Shown: one piece after another, positions 41,435 through 55,457 of the stretch
Layout: every line of letters starts with the position of its first letter
Position numbering within the stretch: position 1 is the stretch's first letter
From: the human T2T-CHM13v2.0 reference genome, Homo sapiens
Assembly: GCF_009914755.1 (NCBI RefSeq)
Contig: NC_060939.1
Strand: one strand, 5' to 3'
Length of the DNA: 64,000 nucleotides
Made by a program: the position numbers and the translations under genes
The notes under the pieces: generated by a model
Database searches by the model: none
The model's input: only the letters and a program-made list of their open reading frames with translations
What the model was told of the DNA's origin: nothing

Positions 41435-41912
41435 TGTAAAGAAAAGGAAATTTAGTTTTAAAGAGAAACAAGTTTTCCTGCACTTAGCTAGTCTGACTCT
41501 AAGGATAGTAACAAGCAGGCCGAGGAAAGGTCATGGTGACCCTGTCTGAGAAGCCAGAGCCCACAGGTATGGGCTCCAGACATCCCAGAGCAAGGTTAAG
41601 AAAACAAATTCCTTTACCATCTCCCCTCCCCCTCAGCATTTATTCATAGCTATTTTTACAAATGCATATATTTTGCAAATTCTTGTTTTCCCTCAATGCA
41701 GCTGCAAGGTCGCAAGCTATGCAGTGGTTGCAAAACTGTCACTATATGATTAACTGCCTTTGTTCTGCTTCTATAAGTTTGCCTATATAAGCCAAGCCCT
41801 GTCTTTGTTCAGGGCTCAGCTTTTTGATGCAAATCCGCTGAGCTGGTGTGCACCTAAACAAAATCCTCTTGTTTGACCCACTGGGTCTCTCCTGCCTCCT
41901 GTTTTCTGCAAA
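41435..41912 (+). mobile_element. Solo ERV1-type LTR
   Basis: About 480 bp starting TG, with cctatataagcc TATA and cagggctcagctttttgatgcaaatccgctgagc R-region-like motif. Confidence 0.6.
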
Positions 41913-42024
41913 AATAGTACCTTACAAACGATTTCCAAAATTACTACTGACACCTTTATTAGTGTACAATGTCTTCTTAACATCTAAAATGTTTCCATCC
42001 ACTATTATGACAAATTTATTTTCA

Positions 42025-42322
42025 TTTTTCTTTTTTTTTTTGTTTTAGCTGGGGTCTTGCTCTGTCACCAGGCTGGAGTGCAGTGGCACAATCTCAGCTC
42101 ACTGCAACCTCTGACTCCCTGGTTCAAATGATTCTCCTGTCTCAGTCTCCTGAGAAGCTGTGATTACAGGCACACACCATCATGCCCAGCTAATTTTTGT
42201 ATTTTTAGTAGAGATGGGGTTTCACCATTGGCCAGGATGGTCTTGATCTTTTGACCTTGTGTTCCACCTGCTCCAGCCTCCCAAAATGCTGCAATTACAT
42301 GTGTGAGCCACCACACCCAGCC
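42025..42322 (-). mobile_element. AluS (Sc-like)
   Basis: Antisense Alu; TSD tt(a/g)ttttcat. Confidence 0.9.
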
Positions 42323-44094
42323 TTGTTTTCATCTTTTAAAACAATGCTATGGGAAGTCTTCCTTGATTCTGCAGATCTTTCCCCAGATAAACAGGTAACT
42401 CCTTCCTTGAGGTTGCCTTAGGACCTCACTGATTTTTCTACTGCACCTTTACCACCTGAACTGTACACTATTCCTCCACATGTCTGTCCCCTCTGCTCCA
42501 AGACTGCAGAGGACAGTCTTGCACATCATCTTTGTAAAAACAGTCTTTATTTTACTCAGAAATTTCTTATTGAGTCCTGCTACATACATGCTAGGTGTTA
42601 GGGTTTAAAAAGAATGAAAATAAAGCCTGTCAGGGATGGCTTTTCTAGAACACCTGCCCAAGCAGAGACTTAAATATTGAGGCTAGCTAGATTAAAAGTG
42701 GTAGAGGGCAAGAAAGGGTGACAGCATGCCACACAGCAGCAAGAGCAGGAGCGAGGCCTGAAAGAGTGAAAGTATTTGCCTGCAATAGAAGGAGGAGTGA
42801 GTAGGGCATTAAGAGCCACTCAGTAATGCCAGAGAAAGGGCACACAGGGAAAAGGGCTAAAGATGTAGAATAGGGCAGAAGTCAGATTATGAAAGCCTTA
42901 TGTGTACCTTTAAGATGCTTAGACATTAACGTTCAAGAGTGGTCCCTGGTCCTATCTGTATTAAGATGTAGATCATTTTAATGCCAAAACCAATATTCCT
43001 AGTGAGCCATTATTCATTAAGACAAGGTGACAGCTAGCTCATGTGGACACAGCTGAGATGATACTATGTAGCAAATTCCCAATAATTCTCATGAACACTT
43101 GGAAAGTCAATTCTATAATAAGTCATAGAAATTATAATAAATCACTTAATATTTGTTTGGGAAGGTGCTTTATAAAGTTATAGTGTATATGAATATAACT
43201 AATAGTTGTGAATTCAGAGCTGTGAGAATAAAGCAAAAAAATCACACTGTGTTTGAGTCAGCAATCTTTAGATTTCTATCTAGTCTTCCTACCCAGTCCA
43301 TAAATTCTAAGTATAATCCTAGTACTCGCTCTCAAGTTTAAGTTAAATGCTAGCCTATACAAAAAATACTCTTTCTCTTACTTCTTTTTTGTTATTTATA
43401 TGTTGCTTTGTTTAAAGGAAGAACACAAAAATGCCCTGCTAAAGGGATTCTGTTTGGCTGCAGGCTGCAAGAGGGGAAAAACACAAAGCACATTTTGCAG
43501 AAAATGATTTTTTAGAAGTCAGAACTATGACATGAAGTCAAGCAGGGCACTCTAGGACTGACTTTGCTGTGCTTCCTTAATATGCTCCTTGCTCTCTTTC
43601 TTTTCTGGAAGCTGTGACTCACACAGGTCATGGAGAAAATTTCGTACTCCTTCCTCATGCCCAGCTTAAATACTAGTGTACAACGTGGAAACCTGTAAAT
43701 TATCTGACATTTCTCTCTGTCCTCCAAACCTTTCTCATTCAATTATCACTAAATCATATTGACTATACCTCTCTTCTGCCTCTGCTTTATATTACCACTT
43801 CCACTGAGAACATAAACATTTACAAAATGGCTTTTATTACAAAAAAGCCTTCCAACTATTAATGTTATTTCTCACATGAAAAAAATTAAGCAAAACAAAT
43901 GAAAAAAGCATAACACCAAAAAAAGGCCAACACATTAAAATGAGTAATGGGGATTCCAAACTTTATTTCACCATGGGCAGGTGAAAACCTTAGAATACAT
44001 TGATACTAGTCCAAGGATGTGTGACATGGAAACTATAGATGACTACTGCAAAAGCTTCCTTTGTCTCCTGGTTTCTTTACATGGTTATCTTCCA

Positions 44095-44312
44095 TCAATC
44101 CCAGCAAACTATAGGCCACAGGACAAATCCAATCTGCCTTTTGGCTTTGTAAATAAAGTTTTATAGGAGCTCAGTCATGCCTGTTTGCTTACATATAATC
44201 ATGGTGGCTTTCACACTACAACAACAGACAACAGCCTGGTTAAGTAGATATGACAGAGACCACATAGTCTAAAATATTTCCCACCTGGTCCTTTACAGAA
44301 AAAGCTTGCTAA
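44095..44312. mobile_element. MER58A-like hAT element
   Basis: cagcaaactataggcc...ttgtaaataaagttttat...ctaaaatattt...tggtcctttacagaaaaagcttgctaaccc. Confidence 0.7.
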
Positions 44313-46052
44313 CCCATTTTACACCATAAGCAGAATATGCCTTAATATTCAAATTTAATCTTGTAACTCCCCTGCTCAAATTTCTCCAATGAGCCCCTGC
44401 AGCACACATTGTTGGCTCCTATCAATAGCCATTCCTTATTCTTTCTTGCAGAAGAAACACAAGTCTATTGGGATATTTATTATCCCAATCCCCCTCCTCA
44501 GCCTCAGAAAGAGAAATGTTTATTCTAAGCTAATCATGTATTTGCCATCCCATTGCCTGGTTTGGGAATGAGCATGTGGTGTGACCCAGCCAATGAAATG
44601 TTACAGGAAGCCCCTTGCATGCTTCTAAGTTTTCTCCCTGTTTAAAAGACACATGTGAAGAAAAGCAGCCCTTGAAATGTTGTGTTGTGAGAACAAGATG
44701 TTTGGAGCTGCTGCGGATTAGCCAACCATGAAAGGAAACATGAAGAAAACACTGCCAACAGCACAGCTGAAAGAGGGACAAATGGGATCCTAGGATATCA
44801 CTGAACAACCAAAACAACTCTGGTTCCTACTGTTTTAGCCACTGCTCATCTAGTATTTACAGTCCAAAGCATTCTACCTGGTAAATTTCCCATGGCCCAC
44901 AGGGTAAGACCTACTCATTTCTATAGTATTAAAAAAGTCTATCATAAACTTGCCTTAGCTAAGTATTCACCTCATTCCCAAACTCTGGTGTCTCACACTT
45001 TTGGTACTAGCAAAAGTGAACTGCTCAGAAACCCTGCAAAGTTCACTCGGCATCCTGTCTTTTGCAGTTGTTGCTCTTCCTGCCAAACAGGCAATCTCAT
45101 CAGATGTTCTTCTGGCAAACACACAAACTTGTTGCATGTTCCTTCTGCCAAAAATTATTCTTCTGCTTCTTTACCTAGAAAAATTCTTCTCACTCTGCAT
45201 GCTTACTTTGAATCATACCTACTTTTTTTCAAAACTTTCATTCCTCATCACGTATGTCTGGCACATAATTAATACATAATAAATCATAATTATAAGCTTC
45301 CAGTTGGCATCTAGCACACAGTAAGCACTGAATAAAGTAGTAAAATAATAAAAGTGACAATGATAATAACAAGCTCCTGTCTGTATTTTTAATTGTGTGT
45401 GTTCTGTAGCATTAGAAAAATGATTAGTATCTAAAAGACATTTGATAGTTATTTGTTAAGTGGACAAGTGAAAACATAGAAATGTTTTCTTTGTAAATTC
45501 TGTTGAAAAAGCACAGAAATGAAATAGAGACACCTCTATTATGAGCACCTTAAAGATCAAAACTACATCTATTCCATCTTTGTCTTCTGCAACTTATAAA
45601 ACCTAACTTACAGAAGCTTTTTGATAAATAGATGGCTAAATTAAAGGTGTCCTCATCCAGTTTGGATTATACAATGTATTAGGTGTCCACAACCAGGTGG
45701 CATACTAGTATTTTTGTTAATGTGAAGCATTTTTCTACTTTTATTATAATCTGCTGAGCCTAGAGTTGGGCAATTTGTATATTTATTATGACAATCTTTT
45801 GGTAAATGGTAGCAGAGCATCTTGTTCTAACAAAATTACTGTTATCAAGACAATTGACCAGCAGGTAGAGAACACATCTTGTTCCAACAAAGTAAATGTA
45901 TCTCTTTCCAACTTCAAATGAGGAGGAATGAAGTCAGTAAGAGTGAGACCTTGTTGGGACAAGGATATGTAACATGACTTGTGCTTTGGCGTTCTTTTGT
46001 GATCAAAAATTCCTTACTTTTATTTTTTTATCTACGGTAGGACCACCCAGAG

Positions 46053-46579
46053 CAGGGGTCCACAACTCCCAGGTCACAGACTGGTACCAGTCCATGGACT
46101 ATTATGAACCACACCACACAGGAGGAGGTGAGCAGCAGGCAAACCAGGGAAGCTTCACCTGTACTTACAGCCACACCCCATGGCTCATATTACCGCCTGA
46201 ACTCTGCCTCCAGTCAGATCAGTGATAGCACTAGATACTCATTGGAGCATGAACCCTATTGTGAACTGCTCATCTGAGGGATCTAGGTTGTGTGCTTCAT
46301 ATGAGAAACTAATGCCTGATGATCTGTCACTGTCTCACTTTGCCCCCAGATGAGACCATCTAGTTGCAGAAAAATAAGCTCAGAGTTTCCACGGATTCTA
46401 CATTATGGTAAGTTGTATAATTATTTCATTATATATTACAATGTAATAATAATATAAAGTAGCACAATAAATGAAACATGGCTGAATAATCCTGAAACGA
46501 TCCCCACCTTCCCCCAGCCCATGGAAAGACTGTCTTCCACAAAACCGGTCCCTGATGCCAAAAACATTGTGGACAACTG
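46053..46579 (-). mobile_element. MER1A hAT-Charlie DNA transposon (opposite orientation to the copy at 30095)
   Basis: caggggtccacaac...tcttccacaaaaccggtccctgatgccaaaaac...actg. Confidence 0.85.
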
Positions 46580-46610
46580 ACCTAAAGTAATTCATTATCA
46601 CAAGTCTTAC

Positions 46611-46681
46611 CTGGATTGCTGTTTTCAGAAGAGATTTTTAGCATCTGTTTTTCTTTATAGTCAGAAAGTAATTCACAAATT
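46611..46681 (-). CDS. POTEB: POTE coding exon 6 ([23 protein letters not shown])
   Basis: AG/GTAAG boundaries, 71 nt. Confidence 0.92.
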
Positions 46682-47805
46682 CTATGTATAAAAATGTAAT
46701 AAACCAAATTACTATTTTAATACTGATATAAAAAATACTTACCAAATGTAAGATTCTTAGAGTATTTCAAACAATATCATAATATCAGAATTTAACAGTA
46801 TTATCCCATACACTTATGAGTACATTCTACAAACTTTTCTTTAAGCTTCTAATTAAAGAAGAAAAAAAATTAGGTGAAATGCTCATAAATCAAGGGCACT
46901 GTGACCCAGTAAATCAGCAGGCATTAGCATGACATAATAGAAAGTGTCCCAACTCTGCATAAGTCCTAGCTCCATAATGAACAGCTATTTGTTCTTGGAC
47001 AACTTTCTTCTCTTAGGCTCAATGTCTTCTTCTACAAAGTGAGGACTTTGCTGCCTTATTTCACTAGGTTGTTATAAAGATTTAACAAGGTAACATTTTT
47101 TAAATGCTCAGAGAAATAGTAAAGCAATGGAATAATCTGTTCCTAAACTTTATGACTAAAATTATCTTGGAATCCCAAATAAAACCCCATGTGTATTTTG
47201 TTCATAGGTTCTAATATGCAAATGCTGTAGTTTTCAGGAAATGTTATTAAGTCCTAATTTTGCTTCTTAGTTGTCCTACTCCTTATGGCTTATCATTCAG
47301 GGCATCTCAACTGTGTCATAGTTTGTAACTAAATTTTTTCATAAATCTCTCATTAAAGTAGATAATGTGATTGTCCACTATTACGGAGTTGACCAATTTG
47401 TTGTGCTAAGGGCAGAAAAACCAATGGATGTTAAGACCTGGCTTGGAGCAATGATCCTTCTCTACAGACTCAAACTCTGAGCCAGCAGATGTTTGTTAGG
47501 ATAATGCTTTATATTGATGTTCAATTCCAGCTGACATGGGAGACCAAAACTCTACTTTTATTTTTTTTCAGTTTTCATGAAGAAGCTGCAAATTGACATT
47601 CTCTAATTTTTGACGTACATACTTATAATATATTTTGCACTGAACACATTATTCAGCTCTAAATCATCTCACAGACCATCTTCCATGACTATTTTTGCAG
47701 CACAAATCACATTTCGATATTTTGGTGGCACCCATTTTGCTTTGATTCACACTGTTTCCTTAGAGCTAGTCAGCAAATAGTGAAATGATCTTCCAGTGAC
47801 TGCAC

Positions 47806-47911
47806 AAAATATGGAATGCTTCAAAGAGTTGTGCTGCCTCCTTATGCAGAAGCCGTGCTAACTTTCTCTGTATTGTTCCAATTTTAGGATATGTGCCGCC
47901 AAAGCAGGCAC
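47806..47911 (-). pseudogene. U6 snRNA pseudogene (full length, diverged)
   Basis: RC gtgcctgctttggcggcacatatcctaaaattggaacaatacagagaaagttagc...gaagcattccatatttt aligns end to end with U6. Confidence 0.92.
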
Positions 47912-49188
47912 AAAGCCCTACTTTTACACATGATTTGTGATGAGTCATGGGCAAGGCTTGGCTCTTGTCCATGACTCATCACTACTTACTTAACCCACGT
48001 GAGATTCTGAGAATTCTCTTCAATGGCTTCCTGTGAGGTACAATTTGAAAATATTTTAAAATCTTGAGCTAGAGATGGAAGTAGCTTGGATGATTTTCAT
48101 TATCATGTAAATCAGATCACTCAAGGGGCCAACCACAGCTGGGAGCCACTGCTTGGGGAAGGCTCATATGGGACTTTCTACTGCCTAAGGTTCTACACAG
48201 GATATAAAGGTGCCTCACTGTGTAGATCTGGTAGCAAAGAAGAAGAAACAAACACTGATCTCTTTCTGCCACATTATTTGAACCCCTCTGACCCTTTATA
48301 ACAAGCCCACCTCATATCTGCTAGAGAAAAGACCAACAACGGCCTGAAAGGATCTCTTACCATGAAGGTCTCAGCTAATTCTTAGCTAAGATGTGGGTTC
48401 CACATTAGGTTCTGAATACAGGAGGAAGGGTCAATTTGCTCACTTTGTGTGCGGATAAAGTCAGGATGCCCAGCGGCCAGAGCAGGGTGCTGGTGCTTTG
48501 GGAACAATGGCTGAGCGTATAAGCATAGGTAAGGGAACTAAAAAATGTTGTAACTTCAAAGTCACTGTGTGAATCCCCATGAAGACTTGAGGGATCTGAA
48601 TCAGTAAGGGCACCTTGGTGTCAAAGGTCAACAATTACCAGGCAGCAGAAGCAGTTTGAGTGGCAACAATGCAGCAACAGAAACAATGGAAACAACAGAA
48701 TGATTGGAATGTCCTTTTTTCTCTCCTCCTTCTGACTTGATAAAAGGGACTGTCTTCCTTGGATTTAGTGAACCCCTTTGGTTCTTGAAAAATTCAAGGA
48801 GTATGTAGGAGACAGTCCCCAGAAGACAGTACAAGGCTTTCTGCTAAACTGGACATTTCAAGACCCAAATAACTAATCAGAAAAATCAAAGATGTGATAC
48901 TCTTTTTTATGCCATGCATAGGTGTTATACTTGGATGAAATGAACAATATTGGGATCTCTAAGGATAAAGGTCTTAAAAGTCCTGAGGTAAAGAATCCTG
49001 CACCCATTGGTACTTCTAACTTGTCTTGCTTTTTGTCTGATTTCTGGCTGATGCAGGGGATTAACTCACTGCCACTCTAAAACTACCTGAACCAAACTAT
49101 GACATCTCACCTGATATGTAAGATGCAATTGTTATAATTATTTTAAACCTCAATTTAGCATTAACTAGCCTTTTCATGTAAACACTTA

Positions 49189-49353
<165 letters not shown>

Positions 49354-50664
49354 TTAGAAACTGTAATAAAGTTATTTTAAAAGCTAATTTGATATACTTT
49401 ACCAATTTGACATCTTGCCTGTCCATGCAGAATCAAACATTTACATGCGCTAAAAGACATAAGCATCTTGGGTGCTCAAGAGTTCATCTTTGTAAAATAC
49501 CACCAAGGTTAAAAGGAAGGGACAAAAAGGAAACCTCTTATCTCAGTGGGGTATTGCATAGCAGAAGCTACTAATTTAAAGTCCTTTGATGGGCAAGAAA
49601 CAATGCTAGGGCCACTTATCTGAAGTGGACAAAGATTTAAGTGAAGATTTTGTCACAGCTTCCCTAGACTGATATGCTGTGATAGAAAATTAGCTAGGGG
49701 CTAAGATAAATAAGAGCTCTCTGCATGCTGAAAGCAGTAATATTAATAATAATGGTAAGAATAGTAGTCACAGGAGTTTCAGTTAATGATGCCAATAAGC
49801 ATGTGCTACGCACTGAATTAAATGCCACATGTATCTTTCTTGCTTATGCACAGCCAACTTTGAAGGATATATTCTCCTACTTTTCACATATGACAACATA
49901 TTGGGTGGTAAATCACGTTCCCAATGTCACACACGTAGCAAGTAAGAAAGTTAGGAATTAAACCCAGTCTTGTGTGAATCCAAAGCGTAGCTCTTTTCTC
50001 TTTGTCACCCACCTACAGCTTGCCTTCATTAAAGGAAAAGTGTATCCACTTAAAACTATCTTCACTCCCTCTCTCCATACCAACTAAAAATAAAAACATC
50101 AAAATACACTGGAACTAAAAAAGGAAAAAAGCTGTTGAACCCACAGTATGTGGGAATAGCAATTAATTGTCATGTAGGGATAAGCTAACATTAATATTCT
50201 TCAAAGAAAGCAACTTAAAGCAGAGTCATTGAAAAGACAAAAGGATTTTCAACTCCTATTTATGTTTAATACAGCATATTTAGTGGAAAAGCATATAAGA
50301 TACAGAGGTTAAAACCTACTAGAAAGGGTTAAAAAGTTCAATACTGAGTCATAAAGTAAACTGAAAGTTAAAGTTCAAACTTCATAAAATTAATATGAAA
50401 TCCCTTTAGCTAACATAAGATCATGTAACCAAAAACATCATACAACAAATAACATCAGTCAATATAATAAGAGAAGATGAATCCTACTAAAACAGTTCTT
50501 TATGTTGCCCAGTCCAAATAATTGCTTTTCTACTTAACTGATTTGTGTTGATACTGATCACTATGTCCCAATAAGTATAATTTGATCTTATTAATTTATT
50601 ATTTATGACTTGAGTGACTGCTATCAATCTAGAACAACACACAGATTAAAAGAAATAACCATAC

Positions 50665-50771
50665 CTTCCATATCTATCAAGTGCATTTAAATTAGCTTTT
50701 TTCTTGATTAAAAATTTCACCACTTCCTGTTTTTGTTCATGTACGCCAAGCAAAAGTGGTGTGAGGCCACA
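50665..50771 (-). CDS. POTEB: POTE coding exon 4 ([35 protein letters not shown])
   Basis: AG/GT boundaries, 107 nt; ankyrin repeat. Confidence 0.93.
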
Positions 50772-51759
50772 CTGTAAAACAATATAAAACAAAAACAATA
50801 TGTAATTCAAAAAATTATGTATCTCTCAACTGAACTGGAAGCTTATGGACTTACACTCACAGAAAGTAAATAAAATTTGGTCGCTTCCTTCTCACTCTTC
50901 TGTACTTTCCCACATGCCACTCCTTCCCTTGGAAACATCCCTTCTCTGCCTCACCACATTAAATCTGATCATCTCAAAAACTCACTTTAAACATTTACTG
51001 TTTCCAAGACTCTTTGTTTCTAAATGAGCATTTGGCATGGCACTTTTGGATGATTTTTTTTTTCATTTAAACAAAAAGCTTCTTGAGGGCAGGGGCTGTA
51101 TCTTTTATCTCTATTATTATCCAATCCTAAGACAAAATTGTTGTGTATAAAGCAAGAATTTGAATGTAAAATATTTCTTTAGTTTCACATGTTTTACCAA
51201 AGTTCAAGCTCCAACATGCAATAAATATTGCTATTAATACTCACACTGCCCATTTCAAGAATTTTTTCCAACATTTATTCATTTAAAATCTATTTGTATT
51301 TAATTTTTCCAGATTGTTAACTAGATAGATAATCAGTTCATAGGATTACTGAAACTAAGAGATTTCCTATCTGTATTCTTAATAACTCCATGGTTTTGAG
51401 TGTTTAAACCTGCCATCCTGATTAAGCCAAAGCTCTACAAACTTAAGAGACATACTGGATAGCCCACAATATAGCTTCAATTGACAAAAAAGGTTTAGAA
51501 TTTGCTACAATTCTGAGAAAACTCTGCTCTTAAAAACGACTTACTGACCTAAGCACTTGAATGATTGAACAAAGGGACACAAAGTCCTGAGAGAGCCATC
51601 CTCTACTTATTGGAAGACTACTCACTGCAAATTTCTAAAGACCTTCTGAATGGCAGTGAATAACTGATGGTAGAAAGGAAAAGGTATTATTCTGTAAGCT
51701 GATAGATAGTGCCAATAATATTTATTTTAATGTCCCAACGACAGAGATAAGTCAGACTA

Positions 51760-52019
51760 GGCCAGGAATGGTGGCTCACACCTGTAATCTTAGCATTTTG
51801 GGAGCCTGAGGTGGGTGATTCACTTGAGCCCAGGAGTTCAAGATCAGCCTGAGAAACATGGCAAAAACCTCATCTCTACTAAAAAAAAAAAAATACAAAA
51901 ACAGATTGGAGGACCACCAGAGCTTAGGGACGTCAAGGCTGTGGTGATCTGTGACCGCACCACTGCACTCCAGCCTGGGGAACAGAGTGAGACCCCATCT
52001 CAAAAACAAACAAACAAAA
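51760..52019 (+). mobile_element. AluJ with deletion in the right arm
   Basis: ggccaggaatggtggctcacacc...cacttgagcccaggagttc...gagaccccatctcaaaaac. Confidence 0.85.
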
Positions 52020-52179
52020 ATTTAGATTAATGTTATTGGAAAGGAAAGATTTAAAGGAATTAGCACATATCCAACTCCAACTCTTCTAGAAATATCTGAA
52101 GTTTCTGAGATATAAGAATTTACATATTACACTTCTGTATTCAGTGGTTAAGCAGGAGTGTATCCGGATTTTGAGAAAT

Positions 52180-52313
52180 TTGTTGTTGTTGTTGTTAGAG
52201 ACAGGGTCTCATTATGTTGACCAGGCTAGAGTAGAACTCCTAAGCTCAGGCAATCCTCCCACCTCAGCCTCCCTAGCAGCTGGGACTACAGCCATGCACC
52301 ACCATGCCTGGCT
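52180..52313 (-). mobile_element. FLAM/AluJ monomer
   Basis: gagacagggtctcattatgttgaccaggct...gcaccaccatgcctggct. Confidence 0.8.
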
Positions 52314-52955
52314 TCAAGGAAACATTTTTAAACATACATATCCAGGCTTTATTAGACTTACTCTATCAAAATCTTCAGGGGAAAACCTAGACCTGAAGAT
52401 TATTTAAAAATTTTCCTGAGGTAACTGGAATGCACAACTCTAGCTGGAAGCTAGTGCAATAGACAATTATTTCAGTCTCATCTCTCATCACATAAACAAT
52501 TCCCTTTATCATTTGAGGATTTGGCCAAAAAGAGGAAAGAGTAGGAGAGAGACTCATTTGCTGAAAACACCACAAAATTTTCCCTGGTAAGAGTAGAACA
52601 AGGTCTAGTAAACTCAAAATCCAACCTGATCTTTTTACTTATAAGCCCCTTATCTCCCACCTTCCCATCAAGACATTCTAGAATTGAAAGCAGAGTTGAG
52701 ACTCTAATTGGCCATTTCTACCAGAATAGGATACTAAGTTGGTTAATTACTTGTTATTCCTTCTACTCAAGGGTTTCCCACTACATTACCACATATTCAC
52801 TGCCAATCTGGTTCCTCAGAGGCCTCCTAAAATTGATCTCTAGGCAGTTTACAACCCACTAACTCCCTCTCCCAAACTGAAAACTGTCATTCTCTAAAAT
52901 GGAAAAGAACCCTGTCTCACCATATAAAGGAAACAAATGAATGAACAACAATAAC

Positions 52956-52956
<1 letters not shown>

Positions 52957-52991
<35 letters not shown>
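52957..52991. repeat. (CA)n microsatellite
   Basis: About 17 CA units. Confidence 0.9.
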
Positions 52992-52995
<4 letters not shown>

Positions 52996-53582
52996 AAAAC
53001 AAAAACAAAAAAAAAACCTCTTCATGGTCTTTTCCCCCATTACCTAATTTCCAAGTTGGCCTTGGTATTTCTGATTGCTGCATTTTTCCCTTTCCAATTC
53101 TGCCTCATGAGCAATCAGAAATATCTTAAGCCTTGCCACTGAGAGATACATCACCTCATATCTATTAGTGTTTTTTTAGGAATTTGCCAAAGTAGCAGGA
53201 TTACTATTCACTGAAACATGTTTAAGTTTTCTTGGAGTTTTAATGTAAAACCTATTTCCAGGGCAAATTTTGTCATTTTACATTTGTTAGGGAAAAAAAA
53301 ACTTGGCAGGGAAAAATTGAAAAAAAAAAAGTATTACCTTTTACAAATTCAGTGTTTTTTTTTTTAAAAGCATTAACCACAAGTGCACTGAAAAAAACTG
53401 TACCCTCTAATGCTTCTTTAAAAGTAACAATATTTAAAATAAAGTCTTAGATAATTAAGTCATTTCAAAATATTTTCATTCAGGTTATGCTTGAGCTTCC
53501 AAATACGGAAAACTGGCCCTTACACAGGTCAATGTTAACACGAATGCATTTCAGTATTTTGAAGATAAAATTGGTAGATCTA

Positions 53583-53762
<180 letters not shown>

Positions 53763-53918
53763 TCAGTATTAGACCAAAAACAAATTATAAGTCCTAGGAA
53801 TTCAAAATAACATTCCACAGCTTTCACCAACTAGTTATATTTAAATGAGAAAACTCATTTTTATGCTATCTATTGAAATCAAACCCATCTCACGCTGATA
53901 TAGTTGACTACTGCATAC

Positions 53919-54033
53919 CTTTATCAGAGCTGTCCTTTTTTTGTTGTCAAGGACGTTAAGTTGACATCGTCTGTCCAGCAGGAGTTGTACTACTTCTGAA
54001 TTTCCATTGGCAGAGGCCAAATGTAGAGCAGTC
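53919..54033 (-). CDS. POTEB: POTE coding exon 2 ([39 protein letters not shown])
   Basis: AG/GT boundaries, 115 nt; ORF 53841..54071. Confidence 0.93.
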
Positions 54034-55064
54034 CTATGAGAGTGAGAAGACTTCAGGAAATTGTAGTGCACTAGCTAATGCCACATTAATGATTCATGTA
54101 GTTGCAAACACTGAATAGCCTATTACTCTGCCTTCAAAACAAACTCAATTTTCCTTTGAAGAAAGCACACTACTTATTACCTCTCATTAGTCACTGTATT
54201 AATGAAAGAGCAGCCTATTTGAATAGAAAGAGCATAGCTCTTGGATGACATTCAACTTGGGCTGGAATCCTACTTGAAGCTCTGTCGCTTCCTAGCTGTT
54301 GCTTAGCCTTTTTGTGTCTCAATTTCCTCATAAATAAAATGGGAATGAAAATAGTCAGTTTCTCAGAGGAAACCACTGTAATGCTTAAATAAGACTCTAC
54401 ACAAAATATAGAATAGTTCCTAACACAAATAACAGCTCAAAACTTGTAAGATATTATAATTTTTACTAATACCACTAAAGACAACATTTGAATTAAGTGA
54501 AACGATACAATTATACCTACACTTTCAGGTACATTTTAAAGATTACAGGTAGCGTTGTACTGTATTTTATTGAGTCTAAGATGATCATTGTCTCCATGTT
54601 TTAACATTTCTTACACTGAAATACCACTTATTAATTCATGATTTACTATAATTATAATTGGCAGCATTTAAATAATTTTCTTAGTGAGACATAAAATAAT
54701 GGGGCATCATACAATCCCTGGTGCCTTACATTAAGTAGAATATGTTATAATATAACAGGTCTGGGGCAGTTCCAGTCAGATGACTAGCATTTAGATAAAT
54801 TTCAGTTCTTAAAAGAACTATGGAATAAGAGGGCTGAGGTGAAAACAAAAACAATTTTCTAAAATAATCTATTTCTTACTTTGGTTTTCAAAAACTTTAA
54901 GCCAAAGAAATCTTGAAATTCAAATGAATAGCATGGGCTCATTTTTTTCAATACTTAGATTTATACAACGTATGTACATCAGATATTTCCAATCATTCAT
55001 ATTAGGATTTAAGACTGTTATAAATTTTCTCTTTTTAAAATGGATTTATGAAACTATTTGTGGA

Positions 55065-55457
55065 GCTTTTTTCAACTTTTACATTCGGGGATACAGGTGC
55101 AGGATGTGCAGGTTGGTTAACATAGGTAAACGTGTTCCAAGGGGGTTGGTTGTACAGATTATTTCATTACTCAGGTGTTAAGCCTAGTACCCGTTAGTTC
55201 TATTTCCTGCTTCTTTCCTTCCTCCCACCCTCCACCCTCTGATAGGCCCCAGTGTGTGTTGCTTCCCTCTAGGTGTCTGTGTGTTCTCCTCATTTAGCTC
55301 CCACCTATAAGTGAGACCATGCAGTATTTGGTTTTCTCTTCCTATGTTAGTTTGCTAAGGATAATGGCCTTCAACACCATCCATGTCCCTGCAAAGGACA
55401 GGCTCTTGTTCTTTCTTTTATGGCTACATAGTATTCCATGCTGTTTATGTACCACAT
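55065..55457 (-). mobile_element. L1PA 3' end
   Basis: ttcaacttttacattcgggg...ctcccaccctccaccctctgataggccccagtgtg...gcagtatttggttttc...gtattccatg. Confidence 0.9.
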
